A stretch of 63,294 nucleotides of DNA, filler included, from Basidiobolus ranarum (GCA_040143965.1; 29 parts of 29 records of this genome joined end to end with filler, not necessarily neighbours in it); one strand, 5' to 3'. Numbered from the whole stretch's first letter, positions 11,310 through 24,194 are shown. The notes: a model not told the origin generated them from the sequence alone. Translations and numbers: made by a program.

Positions 11310-11843
11310 ATGAAACTCTTCGTTCTTATCGCTATTTTCGCTTCAGTGCTACCTCTTGCTCGAAGTGACTGTCCAGAAGATACTGCAATGTTTTTCCAGA
11401 CGTTGCCTGAAGGCCCTGTTACTCAGTTGGTGAACGGAGTAAATGTTACCAATGGAGCTATCTTTCTCAACAAAGGAGTAAGTCAGCTTGGACATGTAGA
11501 TACACAATGGCACCCAACTGCTACAGACCCTATAATCTTGACCTTTCCTCGTACAGTTAACTCAGCCGAAGTCGAACTTGTTGCTTGTGGGATACGTGGA
11601 GAAGGAGCCTTTGTTGAAGCATATAATGCTCAAGATGAACTTATATCCACTAAAAGCTACGCAGGTGACGGGTGTGGTAGAATGTCTTCCTCCTTGTACG
11701 ATACCCTCTCTTTTAAGCTAGCATTTAACGAGCCTGATACCACATCTCTACGTATTTATTACAAGCTCAATAGCACACCTTGCCATACCATTGGTCAGTG
11801 TAACTACGGTGTCGTGGTTAGAAGTGTGAATTATCACTGTTAA
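11310..11843 (+). CDS. Small secreted protein, 177 aa, 6 Cys, intronless, unknown function
   Basis: Clean ORF, signal peptide MKLFVLIAIFASVLPLARS, TATATAAA about 70 bp upstream, CpG-intact contig. Confidence 0.85.
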   Translation: MKLFVLIAIFASVLPLARSDCPEDTAMFFQTLPEGPVTQLVNGVNVTNGAIFLNKGVSQLGHVDTQWHPTATDPIILTFPRTVNSAEVELVACGIRGEGAFVEAYNAQDELISTKSYAGDGCGRMSSSLYDTLSFKLAFNEPDTTSLRIYYKLNSTPCHTIGQCNYGVVVRSVNYHC

Positions 11844-12828
11844 ATTTATTCTAACACAAACCAGTATTTTACCCTTTGTAACATTGTTAAATCTCGCTAC
11901 AGCTTCGCTTTGATCACCAACTTTACTGAATTCATCATAGGTACTTATGGCTGAAATAGTATAGCGCCTGTACTACTTTTATTTGTGAACACTGAGATTT
12001 ATTTTCCGAACTTGATATAAAGTCTATTCTAAACCACTACTGAAAGCCTCTTTAATTACATCATGAATATCTCACATCGAACCAAACGCAACTCATCAAA
12101 TCATGTAGAAGATTCTTTTGTAGATGAGAATTAAAAGGATTTTATTCGTTTATCCCTTACCACGTGATAAGACAATTGCATGAGCTGTCCCCTCGAATGG
12201 AGCTAAAAATAGGATTCTCCAACACGGTATCATTATAGTTTGCGAGAGCATATTGGACTGATGATTAAACCAGAATTTAACCAATGTGCGTTAAATATTG
12301 GCCATTTTGTTTCTCGTAAAACACTAGTAGAGCTGAGAATTGATCCTTTTTGTTTAAACTCTAGACAAGTACTGCACCAAGTTCCTCAGTGATTGTTTTC
12401 AGTCGTTATTTGGGTCGGGTGCCTATATTTCGGTCGAGTTTAAAGATTGGAATGATAGCTAATCGGATATAGTATGCTAGTAATTTCGGTGGACTACCTA
12501 ATTTGCCTTGGTAACGTTGTATTGTATGCAAAGCACTACCAATATAACTTCAGAATAACTAAATAAGCTGACTCAAGTTGGTGAATTCTTATTGTAGTAA
12601 TATATTGAACCCTGAGATAACAAAATGAGCCTTTCAAACAAACGTCATCAATATCTAAAGAGCAATTCACATCATATCAATCACCGTCAAGAGCAAAACG
12701 CGTATTGCGGAATCTTTGATGAAGTCTCTATTACTAATCAACATCCACTGTCCCTTTAAGATGGTTTTCGCATATATAACTCCTGTCAGTCGAGTACAGC
12801 TTATCACAAAACTTCCTCTCTATTCAAC

Positions 12829-13065
12829 ATGCTACGCTCTGACGATAAAGAATTCGACTGTTACGCTTGCCATGGCAAGGATCAAGCGGTGAAGCCTTGG
12901 TCATACAGGCCTCGTCCTCTTGGAGAAGAGGATGTTGAAATTGCCATATCACACTGGGTGATCTGTGTCTCTGATATTCATACTTTAGATTCTGGATGGG
13001 GTGCTACTGACTATCCGGTAGTTGTTGGCCATGAGATTATCGGGAAGGTTGTTGACAAAGGTCCA
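12829..13065 (+). CDS. Zn-dependent NADP alcohol dehydrogenase (cinnamyl-ADH/Adh6-like), 5' fragment
   Basis: DVEIAI..IC.SDIH..DSGWGAT.YPVVVGHEIIG motifs; TATATAA upstream; cut by contig end. Confidence 0.9.
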
Positions 13066-13231
13066 NNNNNNNNNNNNNNNNNNNNNNNNNNNNNNNNNNN
13101 NNNNNNNNNTTAATTAATTAANNNNNNNNNNNNNNNNNNNNNNNNNNNNNNNNNNNNNNNNNNNNAGAAACTTGTGTATTTAAAACTTCCCTCTCCCAAC
13201 ATAGTAAGTATTAAGACTACACCAGCCCCCA

Positions 13232-15257
13232 CAATGGAAGATATCATGCAAGCTCTTACTCAGCTTTGGCCAGAAAATCAAGAACTTTGTGCTTCTCTTG
13301 CTCAAGTAAAGAGTCCAGCTCCACCCAACTATCCTGCAAATTTGACTCCTGAACCCTAGATCTCATTAACAAATAAGTTGGATGGCACTTGCCAAAACTA
13401 TTGTGGTTTTATTAACCAAGTAAAGCTCATCACACAGTTACATCCCTATTACTTCCCTTCTGACCAAACAAAAGTAGGCTTAGTAGGAACACTATTATCA
13501 GGAACAGTGCTATCTTGGCTTGCTCCTTTGATGGAAAGTCAATCTCCACTTCTTTCCAACTTCCTTGCCTTTCTTGCTGAATTGGAAGCCACATTTGGAA
13601 ATGCAGATAAGGAAAGAACTTCAGCCACCAAGCTCCATGCACTTAAACAAGGGCCAAAGCCTGCATCAACTGATGCTGCAGAATTCCACCTACTTGCCTG
13701 TGATCTGAATCGGGGAGAATCTGCCTTGACCAACCAATTCCATTATGGACTCTGAGAAAATCTTAGGATCTTTTTTTCACTGTGGCTGAACCAGTGACCT
13801 TGACTCATGCCATCCATCAGGCAGTTAAATTTGACAACTGGTTGTTTGAAATACAACAACAAAGAAAAATGGCTCCTTTCTTGTCTCCTTCCTCATCTAC
13901 TTTCAAACTTCCCTTCCATCAAACCCAAAATACAGCTCAAGCAGATGACCCAATGCAAATTGATGGATCTCAATTCAGAAAGCTTAGCCCTGAGGAGAAA
14001 TATCAACACCAACAAGAAAATCTATATCTCTATTGTGAAGCTCCTTGGCATGTATCAAGAACCTGTCACAAAAAAGAATTCTGGATTTAAGATCAACAAT
14101 TTCAAAGTTTATGAGAACTCTTCCCAACCATCTTTAACAACATTTCTTCACCATACATTACAATCTCTGCAGTTATACCATTCATTAAAGCTGCCCATTA
14201 CACTCCTGCTACCAAATTCCAAGTCAATAAAAACAACTGCACTTCTTGATTCAGGTACTTCCTCCTGTTTTATTGACTCTGCCTTTGTCAAATCCCACTC
14301 TATACCAAAAATCAGGAAATCTAGTCCAGTCCTTGTCAAAGTAATTGATGGAAGGCTGCTATCCTCAGGTGCTCTAATACTCAAGACAACCTTTAGGATA
14401 CTCATGTCCACTGCTCATCATGAAGAAACAGCCTGTAATATCATTTCTCCTCCTCACCACCCAGTCATCCTTAGTATCTCATGGCTCATGCAGCACAACC
14501 CAGTAATCAACTGGAAGAACAAGATTAACATGTTCAAGCAAACTCCACCTCCTAAACTATATTTGCCAACCTGGTAAGTATCCAACTCATCATCAGCCCA
14601 AATCATAAAAACATCTATCAAGCAAATCCTGTTTACAGTGTTGCTGAAGAGCTAAAACCAATCAAACCTATGGTCATAAGCTCTCACCCAAATACTTAGC
14701 ATTTACTGATGTCTTTGCCAAGAAGAAATCTGATATACTCCTAGCTCACCACCCATATGATTGCCTTATAGATCTACAAGAAGGAAAACAGCCACCATTT
14801 GGACCTATCTATTGGCTGACCCAGCTAGAACTCAACATTCCGAAAGAGTACATTGCAGAAAATCTGGAGAAAGAATTTATCCAACATTCAAAGTCACCAG
14901 CAGGCTCTCCAATCTTATAAGTCAAGAAAAAGGATGGATCCCTCTGTCTCTGTGCTGATTATCAAGGCCTAAATAGCATTACAGTCAAAAGTTGATATCC
15001 CTTGCCATTAAGGAACTCACTCTTGGATCAGCTTACTTCCACCAAGGTGTTTACAAAGATTGATTTAAGAGGTGCTTACATTCTTGTACAAATCAAACTA
15101 GGAGACTAATGGAAAACTGCCTTTCAAACTTGCTATGGACACTTTGAATACAATGTTATGCCATTTGGACTTACCAATGCCCCTGCAGTCTTTCAACAAA
15201 TGACAAATGATATCTTCAGAGAGTATCTTGACCAATTTTTGGAAATCTACATTGAAG
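13232..15257 (+). mobile_element. Ty3/Gypsy gag-protease-RT, decayed
   Basis: Retrotransposon gag (DPMQIDG), protease ALLDSG, RT motifs [28 protein letters not shown]; many stops. Confidence 0.95.
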
Positions 15258-15357
15258 NNNNNNNNNNNNNNNNNNNNNNNNNNNNNNNNNNNNNNNNNNN
15301 NTTAATTAATTAANNNNNNNNNNNNNNNNNNNNNNNNNNNNNNNNNNNNNNNNNNNN

Positions 15358-16047
15358 TATATGGCTACCTCTGCTACTACACAAGAAGCTATGTAGTTAA
15401 GGAAGTTATTTACAGACTTAGGATACATGCAAAAATATGCTATTGCTGTATTTGAAGATCATCAAAGTTGTATTTTATTACCTAAAAACCAAACATTTTG
15501 TCCTAGAACAAAACATATAGATATTAGTTACCATTGTGTTTGAGTAGCAATAGAGAATGATATAATTGAACTTGTTTGTTGCCCTACTGAAGAAATGATT
15601 GCTGACATCTTAAACCAACCAGTAGCTAAAGCGCAATTTGAATTATCAAGGTAAAGTTAGGTGTAAGAGAAACACAAAATAATTAGTTCAGTGGGAATGT
15701 TGAAATTAGGTAAATAGCAACTCATTGATGAGTAGTTAGTTTGTTTGTATTCTGACTATTTAGCACTCAGCTTTGCCATTTAAAATGTGTGTTTATAGCT
15801 ATAATTGATAGAAATATCAATTAGATCACTTTTATCAATTTTCACTATTTTCTCAAAACTTCTCCAAATCACCACAAATTTTCACCCATGCTTAACAGGC
15901 ATGTTTGTTATGATCTAAGAACATCCAATAGTCCTTATTCTTAGTAAACTAAAAATAGGACATACTCAATTCAAAAATTTGTAAGTGTCTAATAACAAAT
16001 CTAAATCTTGTCCAAAACACATACAAATCCCCTAAACACTTTAATAA
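15358..16047 (+). mobile_element. Copia 3' end: RNaseH, PPT (15685-15697), LTR family L3 from 15698
   Basis: RTKHIDISYH...MIADIL; AGTTCAGTGGGAA followed by TGTTGAAATT. Confidence 0.85.
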
Positions 16048-16051
16048 TTAT

Positions 16052-16400
16052 TGTTAACACCCTCAACTTGCAAGTATCCTTGAGTAACAAGTCTGGCTGT
16101 GTCATGGCTTGGGGTTTCATTGGCATTTCCATGAATCATGAAGCCAATCTTTATCCAACAGTGATTTGCCCCCCAGGCAATGGCACCTGGTCCCATCTTC
16201 CATTTGGCATTACGGAATTGATATTTTTTACAGCCTTCTTCCAGAGCTCTTTATCATCTCTTTCAAGTGCTTGAAAGATAGTCTTGGGTTCAATAGTAGC
16301 CATATTAACTTAGACATTGATAGTCTTCCACCACTCAGTGGGAGGATTCATTGGGTAGTAGGAGTTTCTGGTTTAATTTGTATCTTCCTTGGAAACTCTT
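16052..16400 (-). mobile_element. Copia RT N-terminal fragment
   Basis: Reverse strand TARLVTQGYLQVEGVN. Confidence 0.65.
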
Positions 16401-16509
16401 GGCAATACTACAGCTCCTTTGTGATAAAGGTGTTCAGGGGATTTGGAAGTGTTTTGGACAAGATATGAATTTGTGATTAGGCATCCAGCCTTACTGAACA
16501 CAAAATTTA

Positions 16510-17446
16510 ATATTTGAGTTGTTGCTTGGCTTACTGAGAATAGATTCTTGGCTATATTGGGTACATAGAGTACATCATCTAATTTTGCAGATGGTTAGCT
16601 GAATTTTGGTCTAAGTTGAGTACAAATGTGCCCTTACCAACTGCATCTAGTGCAAAGTCATCACCTAAGTAGACTTTCCTTGTTTGGATTGGTTTTAAGC
16701 TGGAAGACTAATCTTTCCTGTTTGACATATGCTGGGAAGCTCCTGAATCAATGTACCATGTTTCTGAGGCTTCTTTAGTGGTTACTGATATGGCAGACAC
16801 AAATAGATGATCTCTATCAATGCTTCCTTGATTTGCTTGTTCCGATTTTAGCTTTTTGGCAAAAATCCTTATTCTACAATCTTTGATTAAATGGCCTGGT
16901 TTCCTGCAATATTTGCAGATGATTGATTTCCTTATAGGGACACAATTATTGAAGCCTGTTGGTCATTTTACAGCTCAAAAAATGCCTGTTCTGCATTATT
17001 TTGCTTAGAATTAGATCTCCTTAATTCTTCATTCAAAAGCCTAGATTCAACATATTCCATTTTTAATGGCTCTGAACTTGATTCTAGGGTGATTATGAGC
17101 TTCCCAAACTTGTCTGGCAGGCTCCCAAGTAGTGTGATGACTAAGTCATCTACATTTAGAGGTGCTCCAATGGATGAGAGCCAATCTGCCTTAGTTTTTA
17201 TCAGATTTATATGATTAAGCATAGATTCATCAGGATTGTTCTGAATTGAAGCAATTTTCACCTAAGATATAGCCTATTAGCCAGACTTTTAGTCTCATAT
17301 AGTCCCTCAAGTGTTTCCCAAGCATTTTGGACGTTTTTGGCTGATTGTATATGCCTCAATTGAGAATCTCTGAGATGTAGACAAAGTGTAGAGAGTGCTT
17401 TCCTCTGCTTCTTGTGAAAGGCAAGGATAGCTTCTGGTTGTCCCTT
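16510..17446 (-). mobile_element. Copia gag-protease fragment
   Basis: ITLLGSLPDKF, CKYCRKPGHLIKDC knuckle, WYIDSGASQHM. Confidence 0.9.
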
Positions 17447-17546
17447 NNNNNNNNNNNNNNNNNNNNNNNNNNNNNNNNNNNNNNNNNNNNTTAATTAATT
17501 AANNNNNNNNNNNNNNNNNNNNNNNNNNNNNNNNNNNNNNNNNNNN

Positions 17547-17808
17547 TGCTGAAGACACGGTCTTCCAATGGAATGTTTACAGGACCCCACCAGATATCAC
17601 CGCTGGTGGACTTCTCTTCAACAATACGTTTGTCGTTGGGGCTTCTTCCGGTCTTCTTACCAGAAGAGGTGATGATAGCACCAGCTGAGCTGAGATAGGT
17701 GCCTTTTTCATATTGTAAAGCATGTTCGTAAAGCTTGGCTACTGGGAGATTTCTAAGCACAGGCTTATTGACATCAATACCAGAATCAGAACTGAGAGTG
17801 AAAACCAT
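17547..17808 (-). CDS. PCK1: Phosphoenolpyruvate carboxykinase (ATP), 5' fragment
   Basis: LRNLPVAKLYEHAL.YEKG..LSSAGA...SGKKTGRSPNDKRIV...DIWWGPVN. Confidence 0.95.
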
Positions 17809-19474
17809 TGTGAAGCTAATTCGAGGATAGAGAATTGATAATTAGGTAGTTCGTGGTTAAGAGCCTTTATATTGTTTCGAAACATTCGTTGACAAATACC
17901 AGCCTGCAAGTCTATTGATATCATGTGTCACATAATACCTCAATAACTGGTTAGCCCAATAGTACCCTGCTCCGCTCCGATGTGCTGAAACTTCCTTACC
18001 GATATCGCCCGTCATTTGAGCCATCATTTCCTAGCAGCTTGTATATCATAAAGGTACTTTCCGCACCCCTCCGTGTCTCATGGATTACCTCCCGTTAATA
18101 TATTCATCTAACCAATCATTTTCAACTAATTCGGGTGTTTGATGGCTGACTATTGTTTCCAGGATTTTGATTTATCACCCTCATTATTGCCTAAACTTCA
18201 GTCATGCTTCATTTTGCTGTAATTGATTCAGCTGCTTACGATGCATCTCATCGGTTGATTCGACCATATGGATCACCTTGCCTATTAAGACCTGAGCTAT
18301 ATATGGAAACCGTGTGATTCATCCCATTCGTACTACTTGTCAACACAAACCTTGGCCATACTTATAATAAGTGTCTCACTTCGGAGATGTAAATATTGTC
18401 CAAATTTGGCATACATCAATGCTATTCCATAGGAACTTACAGGTGTCCTTTCCACGCATGCAAGGATATATATTGATGTGGGAACTACAGTAACAGCGTG
18501 CTACTGTCATTTCATATGATAATATTGTCGAAAATCACGGAACCTCAAGTAAACTGCGTGCTCATTCCTCAATACAGACACATTCGAATTTCTTGGTTTC
18601 TAAGCCAGTTTATTCTACTTCCATATTAATCACCTTAGTTCCAATTTGGAAATCAGTGAGAAACTTATTTGTCGGTAAATAATTTCATAGCAATATTTAT
18701 ACTCGAACCTATCATGATGTAGTTCGTGAGAAGTATAAGATCTAACTTGCCTTATATGGATGTGAGTTTCAAATTCCATGTGGTGGGAACAAATCGCTCA
18801 ACAAGATATATCACTCACTAAATGAGAACAAAGGATTTTCTCCACTTCAATAATGGATGCATGTACTTTCAAGATGTGAGTCAAGCATCCAAAACGAATA
18901 CCGTATATGGAAGTGGCTTTCTTCACAATGCTGCTCCGCACATTGCCCCAACTAATAGAGTTACTACTGTTGTTCGAACAAACAAGTTTTAAGCAATAGC
19001 AATTCTCAATATAGGACGTCAATTATCGGGAATATTCATAAGAGTTCCACGTTTTTCATGTTTATGTTACTCTTAGTTGGTGCATGTGGAAAATTCATGG
19101 TAGTTTAAAGTGTGGTCATCATCGACACTAGCCCCCAATGTCGAAGTAGCTGCGAATTATACCACCCCCAATTTGGTAATTTACCATCACCAATATTCAA
19201 AATTAGAAGATATATTTGATGATACAGTATGTTTATTTTTAAACAATATAGCACCAATAATAGACCGCGGAAATCAAAATTGGTAAATAGATGAATGTTT
19301 TCAGAGTATGATCCCTGATGCAAGTAAATGATGTGATGATTATGTTATGGTGGTGATGTTTACATATGCTTGTAAAAAGTTAGCTTATAGACGTGGACCA
19401 GCAGCAATGATTTCGGGAGTGGCTTGATCGGCATATAATTGGAAGTTCTCATTGAAGAGACCAGCGAGCTTCTC

Positions 19475-19634
19475 GACACAATGTTATTTACCATTTTTGA
19501 AACAGTTTATTTTACTTATGTGGTATGTTTAAGAAAAGAACTTTTAGACATTATTGCACATTCAAAAGATAATGAAAGCTTTATTCATAGTGTCTTAAGT
19601 CTAGAGCTCTCAATGGATATCTTTGAGTATGGAT
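19475..19634 (-). mobile_element. Terminus of PIF/Harbinger-ISL2EU-like element (second copy)
   Basis: Homologous to 32418-32560, both starting G(G/A)CACAATG with unrelated outer flanks. Confidence 0.6.
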
Positions 19635-19734
19635 NNNNNNNNNNNNNNNNNNNNNNNNNNNNNNNNNNNNNNNNNNNNTTAATTAATTAANNNNNNNNNN
19701 NNNNNNNNNNNNNNNNNNNNNNNNNNNNNNNNNN

Positions 19735-19969
19735 AAAAATATGGAGTATGGTCACTGCTTCTGAATACAAAGTCTGAGGCCAATCAGTTGCTTGTATAGC
19801 TGAAATGCCAAAGTACCATACATTGATAGACTAGGTTAAGGTTCCCTAGCAATATAGGCATAGCATACAAGGATTGGTAGCTCAGTGGTTAGAGCACCTT
19901 GCTAGAGTGAAGGAGGTCCAAGGTTCAAATCCTGGCCAGAACAATATTTCCCCCTAAATAATTTCAATA
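19735..19969 (+). mobile_element. tRNA-carrying LTR-like repeat (copy 2, 5' end lost in gap)
   Basis: Colinear with 4762-4996, ends TTTCAATA, abuts a Copia integrase. Confidence 0.7.
19871..19943 (+). tRNA. tRNA-like/pseudo-tRNA copy 2
   Basis: GGATTGGTAGCTCAGTGGTTAGAGCACCTTGCTAGAGTGAAGGAGGTCCAAGGTTCAAATCCTGGCCAGAACA. Confidence 0.7.
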
Positions 19970-21822
19970 GTCCCTTGACTTGATTAGCCACTTGTTTTCA
20001 TTGTCATACAGTCTGTACCCTTTTGTCCCATAACAATATCCCAAAAAAGACATTTCTGGCTTTTTATGGTTTAGGTTTGAACTCATCACATCTGGAATCA
20101 TTGCATATACAGTACTTTCAAAGACTCTGAGATCAGCCACATCAGGCTTACTTCCAAACCAAGCTCGATAAGGTGTCATAGCCAATAGAGACCTAGAGGG
20201 ACATCTATTCTTAATATATATGGCAGTTGCAACCAATTCAGCCCAAAACTGTTTTGGTAAATCTTGAACATGAAGCATTGATCTTGCCTTTTCCATTATT
20301 GATCTTTTTGCACATTCTGCTACTCCATTCTGCTGTGGAGAATATGGCACTGTAGTACACTGTTTTTACCCATGTGTTGAGCACAAGTTAGAGAAGAGTT
20401 TTGATTTATATTCCCCTCCATCATCAGTACTGATGATTTTAATCTTTAGACCTATTTCAATCACCACCATTGCTTTAAATTTCTTGAAGATATCAAAGGC
20501 TTCATCCTTACTGGCCAGAAGGTACACCCTAAAATACTTTGTCTTATCATCAATAAAGGTCATAAAATACCTTTTTCCCCCTGAGGATTTTGTCTGCATT
20601 GCGCCACACAGATTTGAGTGTATCAGGCCCAATTTTTGATCATTTTTGCTAATTCCAGAGCCCACAAATAGCTCTTTGTGTTGCATACCATATAGGCACC
20701 TTCACATACCTCCAGATCCAGTGGAATTACAAAATTTGGTCCCAAAACCATCTTGTTTTTGATTAAATTTCTCATTTTTTCAGCTCCTAGATGACCCAAT
20801 CTCCTATGCCAGATTTTCAGGTCTTTTCTCTTCGGCTGTGGCAGTATTAACTTGTTCATATATTTGCCTAATATAATGAAGTTTATACAAGTTATTTGCT
20901 TAGCTACAGAAGCTATGTAATTCCCTTTTTGATCTCTGATTGTACAGCTATTTTGATCAAAATTAAAGCTGTATCCCTCTGATGTAGCTTTACTTGCTGA
21001 TAACAAATTTTTTGCTATTGCCGGCACATATAGCATGTTTTTCAGTGTCAAATACATGTCCCCAGAGATGCCCCCAAGATCCACTTGAATCTCTCCCACT
21101 CCCAGTGCTTCTAGTGGCTGTTCAACTCTCATATAAACCTTCTTGTTTATGTCAGTTTTGAGTGTCTTAAACCAGTTTTTTTGATTAGAGTAATGTTGAT
21201 AGGTTCCAGAATCAATATACCAGAGCCTACAGTCTTGTTCAGAGGTCACTGATAGGGCAGAAATGAATAAAACTTCCTCTTTGATTGAAACCTGATTAGC
21301 TTGTTCCAACTTCACATTTTTGTTGTAATTTCTTGATTTGCAATCTTTTAACTGGTGTCCTGGCTTGTTATAACCATAGCATAAACCTGGTGTCTTTCTG
21401 TTGTAATCTTTGTACTTGCTAAAGCTACAGTTTCCAGCTCCAAAAAGAGCCACTTCCTCAGATTCTTTTTCAAAATTCTTACTTCTGAGGTGTTGATCCA
21501 TCAGCCTTGCTATTGTAAACTGCAAAGATAACTTGTCAAATATTACTTCCAGAGCTGTGACCAAGTTTGAATACTGCTCTGGTAGACTACTTAGAAGAGT
21601 CATAATGACATCTTCTTCCTGTATAGCTGTGCAAATATTTTCCAATTGTTTTCCCAAGATCTCACATTTGCAATGTGAGTAACCATGCTTTCAGACTTTT
21701 CCATCTTTATATTGAAGAATTTTTGTCTGAGAAAGAGTCTATTAGCAAAGCTTGTTGCTTCATAACACTCATCCAATATAGTCCAAGCTTGATGGGAAGT
21801 CTTTGCATATTGAATATTCACA
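19970..21822 (-). mobile_element. Copia gag-protease-integrase, frameshifted
   Basis: LLSSLP, WYIDSG, WHRRLGH, IHSNLCG, FIDD, TDDGGEY, PYSPQQNGVAE. Confidence 0.95.
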
Positions 21823-21922
21823 NNNNNNNNNNNNNNNNNNNNNNNNNNNNNNNNNNNNNNNNNNNNTTAATTAATTAANNNNNNNNNNNNNNNNNNNNNN
21901 NNNNNNNNNNNNNNNNNNNNNN

Positions 21923-23369
21923 CCACGCAATCATACAAGAGCTCTGGTTTAATCAAATCTATCAAAAAATTGGATCTAATTCATTCAGATTTGTGTGGAC
22001 CTATGCAAAATTTTTCTTGAGGTGAAAAAAGATATTTATTCACATTTATTGATCATTATACCAGATACACTTGGGTCTACTTTATGAAAAGAAAAGAAGA
22101 AGCTCTCTCTATCTTTAGAGATTTTTAAACACTTGTGGACACTAAAACTGGAACTAAAATCAAGAAAATACATACTGATAATGGTGGAGAATATACTTCA
22201 ACACTATTTAAGCACTTTTGCAAAGTTCATGGAATCAAGCAAGAAACTACTGCCCCCTATTCACCTCAACAAAATCAAGTTGCTGAAAGAGCTAACAGGA
22301 CTATAATAGAAATGGCAAGATCTATGATAAATGCACAAAATTTATCTCATAACCTTTGGGCAGAATCTGTTGCTAAAGCTGTATATCTGAAGAATAGGAG
22401 TTTTACTAGAAGTCTGTCTAACCCTACACCATATCAAGCTTAGTTTGGAGTTAAAACTAATGTAAAACATTTGAGGATCTTTGGATGTATTGCTTATGTC
22501 AAAATTATGACCAAAAATTGGTCCAAACTTGATCCAAAAGGTACGAAATGCATATTTCCAGGTTATTGTACTCAAACTAAGGCCTACAGACTCTATGATA
22601 CCAAAATCTCCAAGTTAATCAAGTCCAGGGATGTTTTGTTTAATGAAAATGAAAAATATTCATCCAAAATGACCCTGGATAATGACAAAAATCAATTTTC
22701 TCCTGATCCAATCATTCAAATTGATTCAAACCAAAACAATGAAGAAAATAGGATTCCCGTGGACCCTTCAACCAAAATTTTGCCTACTGAAGTGCCCAAT
22801 ACAATGCCAGAAGTTGTAGTACCTTTTTCCCAAACCAGGAGATCAAATCAGATCAGAAATAGCCCTGATTACTATATCAACAAGTCCCAAAATTGGGCCT
22901 ATGCCCACAGAGCTCAAATACATAAGCCCCAGGCTGTAAAAGAGGCCCAGAATGGCCCTCACACAAAAATTTAGAGATCTGCAATGGCTGATGAGTACCA
23001 GGCTTTGATTAATAATCAAACTTGGATCTTAACCAACTTACCTGATGATAAAATCAATTTGTTGCTGCCAATGGGTGTTTAAAGTTAAATAGAACTCTGA
23101 TAGCAACATAGAAAGGTACAAGGCTAGACAAGTAGCCAAAGACTATTCCCAAACACCAGGAATAGATAATGCAGAAACTTTTGCTCCTGTATCAAAGTTT
23201 AATTCAATTAGATTGATTTTAGAAATTTCCACTAAATATCAGCTTATTTTACATCAAATGTATGTTAAAACTCCTTTTTGAATAGTGAGCTTGCTGAGGA
23301 GATCTATATGAACCAGCCAGATAGATTTGTGAACCCAGAAAACCCTAACAAAGTTTGCAGACTCCATAA
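21923..23369 (+). mobile_element. Copia integrase-RT, decayed
   Basis: IHSDLCGP, HTDNGGEY, SKLDPK, YKARQVAK, ETFAPV. Confidence 0.95.
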
Positions 23370-24010
23370 TATTGGGAAAATATGGGCTGTTTGGAGGAAC
23401 TTGAGAAAAGTGGAGTTGTGAATAGCTTTGTGAGATAATTGTTTATTGTCCAGAAATAAAGCATTTATACTTTTTGGTGGAAATACAGAAAACTAACACT
23501 GGGGTTGTGTTCAGAACATCTGTGGGAGTAAAATGAGTTATTTCTGGGGCAATTTGGACGAGTTTGAAATTTCCAATATGTAATTGCTAATTCTCACATA
23601 ATTCACATATATATAAAATATATGTTCCAATTTTCAGCTAAGTGATATTTGACTAAATAATGTTGACTAACTAATATGTGATATATGAAATAGTTAGGTG
23701 TATAAAGATAGGGATAACATATATGATAAAGACAATAAACTTCAACACTCCCACTCAACTAAATATTCATATATCTTAATCCTAACTTAAATCTTAATTC
23801 TTCAAATTTTGGTTTTGGTAATGGTTTGGTAAGGATGTCAGCAATCATGTCCTCAGTTGGACAGTACTCCAGTTGGACGTGCTTATTCTCAATAGCTTCC
23901 CTAACAAAGTGATGTTGAATATCAATGTGCTTACTTCTAGCATGAAATTTGGGATTTTTAGCTAAAGAAATACAACTTTGATTATCCTTAAAAATTATGG
24001 TGGGTGAACT
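23370..24010 (-). mobile_element. Copia 3' end (RNaseH, PPT 23748-23760, LTR family L2 23370-23747) nested in preceding RT
   Basis: KHIDIQHHFVRE..MIADILTKP; AGTTGAGTGGGAG-TGTTGAAG; same LTR at 35039-35373 and 38460-38837. Confidence 0.9.
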
Positions 24011-24194
24011 NNNNNNNNNNNNNNNNNNNNNNNNNNNNNNNNNNNNNNNNNNNNTTAATTAATTAANNNNNNNNNNNNNNNNNNNNNNNNNNNNNNNNNN
24101 NNNNNNNNNNAAGAATAAAGTAACTAAAACACACTATCATAAGTTGCTTCTAATACTCAAAGTCTACCCCCATTATGTCAAGATCCTCCAACAG

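Noticed and set aside
23343-23352. CCCTAACAAA as a CACTA terminus
   Set aside because: Lies in frame within Copia RT (NPNKVC) and lacks the subterminal sequence
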